In this document: in pieces, positions 24,136 to 26,369 of the stretch
How positions within the stretch are numbered: the first letter of the stretch is position 1
How the letters are laid out: each line of letters begins with the position of its first letter
Source of the DNA: a virus
Taxonomy: Duplodnaviria; Caudoviricetes
Length of the DNA: 26,369 nt
Virus record (IMG/VR): IMGVR_UViG_3300012352_000229
Coordinates: 1 to 26,369 of that record
Direction: 5' to 3' (one strand)
Position numbers and translations under genes: made by a program
Notes under the pieces: model-generated
What the model was told of the DNA's origin: nothing
Database searches by the model: none
The model's input: only the letters and a program-made list of their open reading frames with translations

Positions 24136-24142
24136 ACGCCTA
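24128..24142. promoter_or_regulatory. Second copy of the 15-bp site
   Basis: CAGGGTAAACGCCTA matches the reverse complement of 21418-21432 (CAGGGTAAACACCTA) at 14/15 positions and lies at a gene junction. Confidence 0.5.
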
Positions 24143-24354
24143 TGTACGAATACAGAAAGAAACAATCAAATACAGGTGACCGAGTTCAAATAGAACAAGG
24201 TGAAGCAAGAATCATCTATCGATCCTGGCAAACAACTCAAGACAACCAGTTTGTCAGAGGGATGCTAGAAAGAGTAGAAAAAATGTATGGCATGGGTGCA
24301 AAGGAAAGGATCAGATCCTACCTAACCCAAATGAAAGAAGGAACATTGATATGA
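24142..24354 (+). CDS. Hypothetical protein
   Basis: 70-aa ORF within the operon. Confidence 0.55.
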   Translation: MYEYRKKQSNTGDRVQIEQGEARIIYRSWQTTQDNQFVRGMLERVEKMYGMGAKERIRSYLTQMKEGTLI

Positions 24355-24587
24355 ATACAAACACAGGTGGGCCAGCGTTTCCAATGAACTGGGTAAAGCA
24401 GGAAGCACCAAACCTCAACGTCATCCTTGAACAAAGAGGCATGACCCTGCGCGACTACTTTGCGGCCAAGGCGATGCAAAACTTCAGGGATCAAATTGAC
24501 TCTCAGTCCGAGCAAGAATGGTTTGAGCAAATTGCACAAGGTGCATACAGAATGGCCGACGCCATGCTGAAAGCGAGGGGAGCGTAA
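24351..24587 (+). CDS. Conserved phage protein (GGPAFP...GMTLRDYFAAKAMQ family)
   Basis: Recognisable motifs GGPAFP, GMTLRDYFAAKAM and AYxMADAMLKAR. Confidence 0.8.
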   Translation: MNTNTGGPAFPMNWVKQEAPNLNVILEQRGMTLRDYFAAKAMQNFRDQIDSQSEQEWFEQIAQGAYRMADAMLKARGA

Positions 24588-24691
24588 TGTGGCCCTTTCC
24601 TCCACCATCTGGACCAACACCTTGGACACCAGAGCAAATCAAGCAATACGAAAAACAAAAGCGTGACCAAGCAGGAGACGCTCTTGTCTAA
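24587..24691 (+). CDS. 34-aa 'MWPFP' peptide (not in ORF track)
   Basis: TAATG overlap and GGGGAG RBS. MWPFPPPSGPTPWTPEQIKQYEKQKRDQAGDALV*. Confidence 0.6.
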   Translation: MWPFPPPSGPTPWTPEQIKQYEKQKRDQAGDALV

Positions 24692-24827
24692 GTATCTGCC
24701 AATCATTGCATGGGCTGTATCAGCTGTTTTAGTGATGCTGTATGCACCTAGAACACATAACCCAACAGACTGCCAAGAGCTGGCACAACCTGATCAAGAC
24801 AATTGCAAAGCAAGGAGAAAACTATGA
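24684..24827 (+). CDS. 47-aa membrane-anchored peptide, TTG start (not in ORF track)
   Basis: AGGAG RBS. MSKYLPIIAWAVSAVLVMLYAP...C...C...; the stop overlaps the next ATG. Confidence 0.55.
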   Translation: MSKYLPIIAWAVSAVLVMLYAPRTHNPTDCQELAQPDQDNCKARRKL

Positions 24828-25012
24828 GTGAAGTCAGATTTCAAATCATGCCAGCACAAGACCCAGACTGGAAGTGCTACTTGTTTGGCAACACACCTAG
24901 CGGACACGGCATGATTTACATCCCGGCAGAGGGCCAAGTGCCCAACTGGTTTGTGCGCTGGATGATGAAGGTGTGCCTTGGATGCACATGGGTTAAGAAG
25001 GAGCAGAAATGA
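24824..25012 (+). CDS. Hypothetical protein
   Basis: AAGGAG RBS. MSEVRF...WKCYLFG...VPNWFVRWMMKVCLGCTW. Confidence 0.65.
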   Translation: MSEVRFQIMPAQDPDWKCYLFGNTPSGHGMIYIPAEGQVPNWFVRWMMKVCLGCTWVKKEQK

Positions 25013-25245
25013 GAAACACGATAGACATGGCCCGTGAAGCACTTGTTGTTCCGTTTTTTTTAAAAGAAACAAACAATGAACTTATTGCTCGGCTCAAAGA
25101 TTTTGAAGCTCTTGTACGTGCTGATGAGCGTGAGGCCATCCGCACTGAACTGACGCGCATTGTGATCGTTCCAACATTGACGCACGGAACTTTAGTGAAA
25201 CTGTCCGATGTTGACGCAACCATCCGAGAAAGGGGGCAAGCATGA
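25009..25245 (+). CDS. Modular small protein (ADEREA...IRERG)
   Basis: AAGGAG RBS and ATGA overlaps. Confidence 0.65.
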   Translation: MRNTIDMAREALVVPFFLKETNNELIARLKDFEALVRADEREAIRTELTRIVIVPTLTHGTLVKLSDVDATIRERGQA

Positions 25246-25508
25246 AACGCAGAGAAATTATTGGCGCTTGGAACGCTCAAGCAGATGAAATGAACAAGTG
25301 GCATTATCTTGGAGAAGATGAAAAGCTGGAATGGGCAATGAAACTGGAGCGTGAGGCCAACAGTAAGGCTCGTGCAGGTAAGCCACGGCAACTCCCACCG
25401 GTAGGCATGGGAATGTTGCATGGTGAGCAGCAGCATTGCTTTGAGAAGGGGTGGAAAGAAGGTGCAGCAGCAGTGAGAGCCGCTATTCGAGCAAGGGGAA
25501 ACACATGA
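25242..25508 (+). CDS. Modular small protein (EREA...AIRARG)
   Basis: ATGA overlaps and shared junction repeats. Confidence 0.65.
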   Translation: MKRREIIGAWNAQADEMNKWHYLGEDEKLEWAMKLEREANSKARAGKPRQLPPVGMGMLHGEQQHCFEKGWKEGAAAVRAAIRARGNT

Positions 25509-25762
25509 CGCGATGCACATTTAAACAGGGACAGTACAACTGCGGCAGTTATGCTTTTAATCTCTGGAAAGAAGATATTGAGCAGGGAGAATACTGCGAC
25601 CACCACTATTGGCAAGATCAAGCTCAGAAAGCCCGTGCCGATGAGCGTGAGGCTTGTGCAAAGGTGTGTGAGGAAGAAATCTGTAACTGCTGCTGGGACG
25701 ATGACGCGCAGGCCGCTGCTGAACATCTTGCTGACGCCATCCGAGCAAGGGGAAACACATGA
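25505..25762 (+). CDS. Modular small protein (ADEREACAKVC...AIRARG)
   Basis: The start MTRCTFK lies inside the 22-bp junction repeat. Confidence 0.65.
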   Translation: MTRCTFKQGQYNCGSYAFNLWKEDIEQGEYCDHHYWQDQAQKARADEREACAKVCEEEICNCCWDDDAQAAAEHLADAIRARGNT

Positions 25763-25983
25763 CCAAAGACGAAGCAAAACAAAACAGCGGGTTTTCATTG
25801 AACCCAGTCGGATACACAGGATTTTTTTGTGGTGGCCGAAACCCTGCTACGCAAGATTGTTTTTGGCGTTGCCGCATTCTTGAGGCAGATGGCGATCAGT
25901 TCATGGTCGAACTGGAGGACGGCAACAAAGGATGGATTCCAAAGAAAGAATTTACACCATTGGCAATGAGGAGTGAAGCATGA
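25759..25983 (+). CDS. Hypothetical protein, possible SH3-like C-terminus
   Basis: Starts MTKDEA; ...FMVELEDGNKGWIPKKEF. Confidence 0.6.
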   Translation: MTKDEAKQNSGFSLNPVGYTGFFCGGRNPATQDCFWRCRILEADGDQFMVELEDGNKGWIPKKEFTPLAMRSEA

Positions 25984-26369
25984 CCAAAGACGAAGCACTC
26001 GACTTGGCGCTGGAGGCGTTGATATACGCAAGCAGTTATTGCGATACTTACGATGCCATCACCGCCATCAAGCAAGCCCGTTCAGCACCTGTGCAGGAGC
26101 CTGATGAATGGCCGACCGGATGCCCCGAGTGCGGCATGGACAGCGGCTGTGATTGCGACAGCGGCACATGGAACCCAACCGCAGCACCTGTGCAGGAGCC
26201 TGTGGCGTGGGGTTGCAACCGCTACATCGAGGACGACAACGGATTTCAAATTGGGACGGATGAGCCTGAACTCACATGGGGTAAATATGCTCCGGACGAT
26301 AACGGTTGGTGGCCCCTCTACACCACCCCACCCGCAGCACAGCGGCAATGGGTTGGGCTGACGGATGAG
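25980..26369 (+). CDS. Modular phage protein (MTKDEALDLALEAL...PVQEPVAW...PLYTTPP...WVGLTDE), 3' truncated
   Basis: Open frame from the ATG at 25980 to the window end, with a GAGGAG RBS. Missing from the ORF track because it has no stop in the window. Confidence 0.75.
   Translation, partial: MTKDEALDLALEALIYASSYCDTYDAITAIKQARSAPVQEPDEWPTGCPECGMDSGCDCDSGTWNPTAAPVQEPVAWGCNRYIEDDNGFQIGTDEPELTWGKYAPDDNGWWPLYTTPPAAQRQWVGLTDE

Noticed and set aside
25100-26210. CRISPR array or integron attC sites
   Set aside because: The repeats are of several types, occur in 2-3 copies, are protein-coding and non-palindromic. No cas or integrase gene is present.
26053-26361. Track ORFs at the right end (+102 aa, -88 aa)
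   Set aside because: The real gene is the open frame starting at 25980 that runs off the window.

Overview
The window is a contiguous stretch of a tailed dsDNA phage genome, probably podovirus-like. A freshwater Betaproteobacteria host is inferred from the gene families but not demonstrated. Positions 1-17881 (+) are a late operon: major capsid C-terminus, head completion and adaptor proteins, a mosaic tail fibre with an S74-type chaperone, an inserted HNH gene, a tail nozzle, a repeat-rich fibre with a lambda-J-like C-terminus plus two AT-rich partner genes, putative ejection proteins and a lysis cassette (membrane proteins, GH19 endolysin). Positions 17850-21357 (-) are a leftward early operon: HNH, DUF3310, MazG-like, SSB-like, Sak3/DUF1071 recombinase and several small ORFs. 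Positions 21468-26369 (+) are a rightward early operon: DUF1376 replication initiator with an internal origin-like repeat block, DnaB-like helicase and an array of small ORFs joined by repeated junction sequences. The most notable features are: (i) a symmetric bidirectional promoter around a 15-bp site, with no repressor gene; (ii) a structured leader whose loop can pair with the initiator's ribosome-binding site; (iii) a structured RNA between an unannotated secreted 4-Cys peptide gene and a small membrane-protein gene; (iv) an ORF array that looks shuffled through 19-22 bp exact repeats; (v) an HNH gene that appears to have captured the start of the tail gene. All family assignments come from motif recognition by eye; no searches were run.
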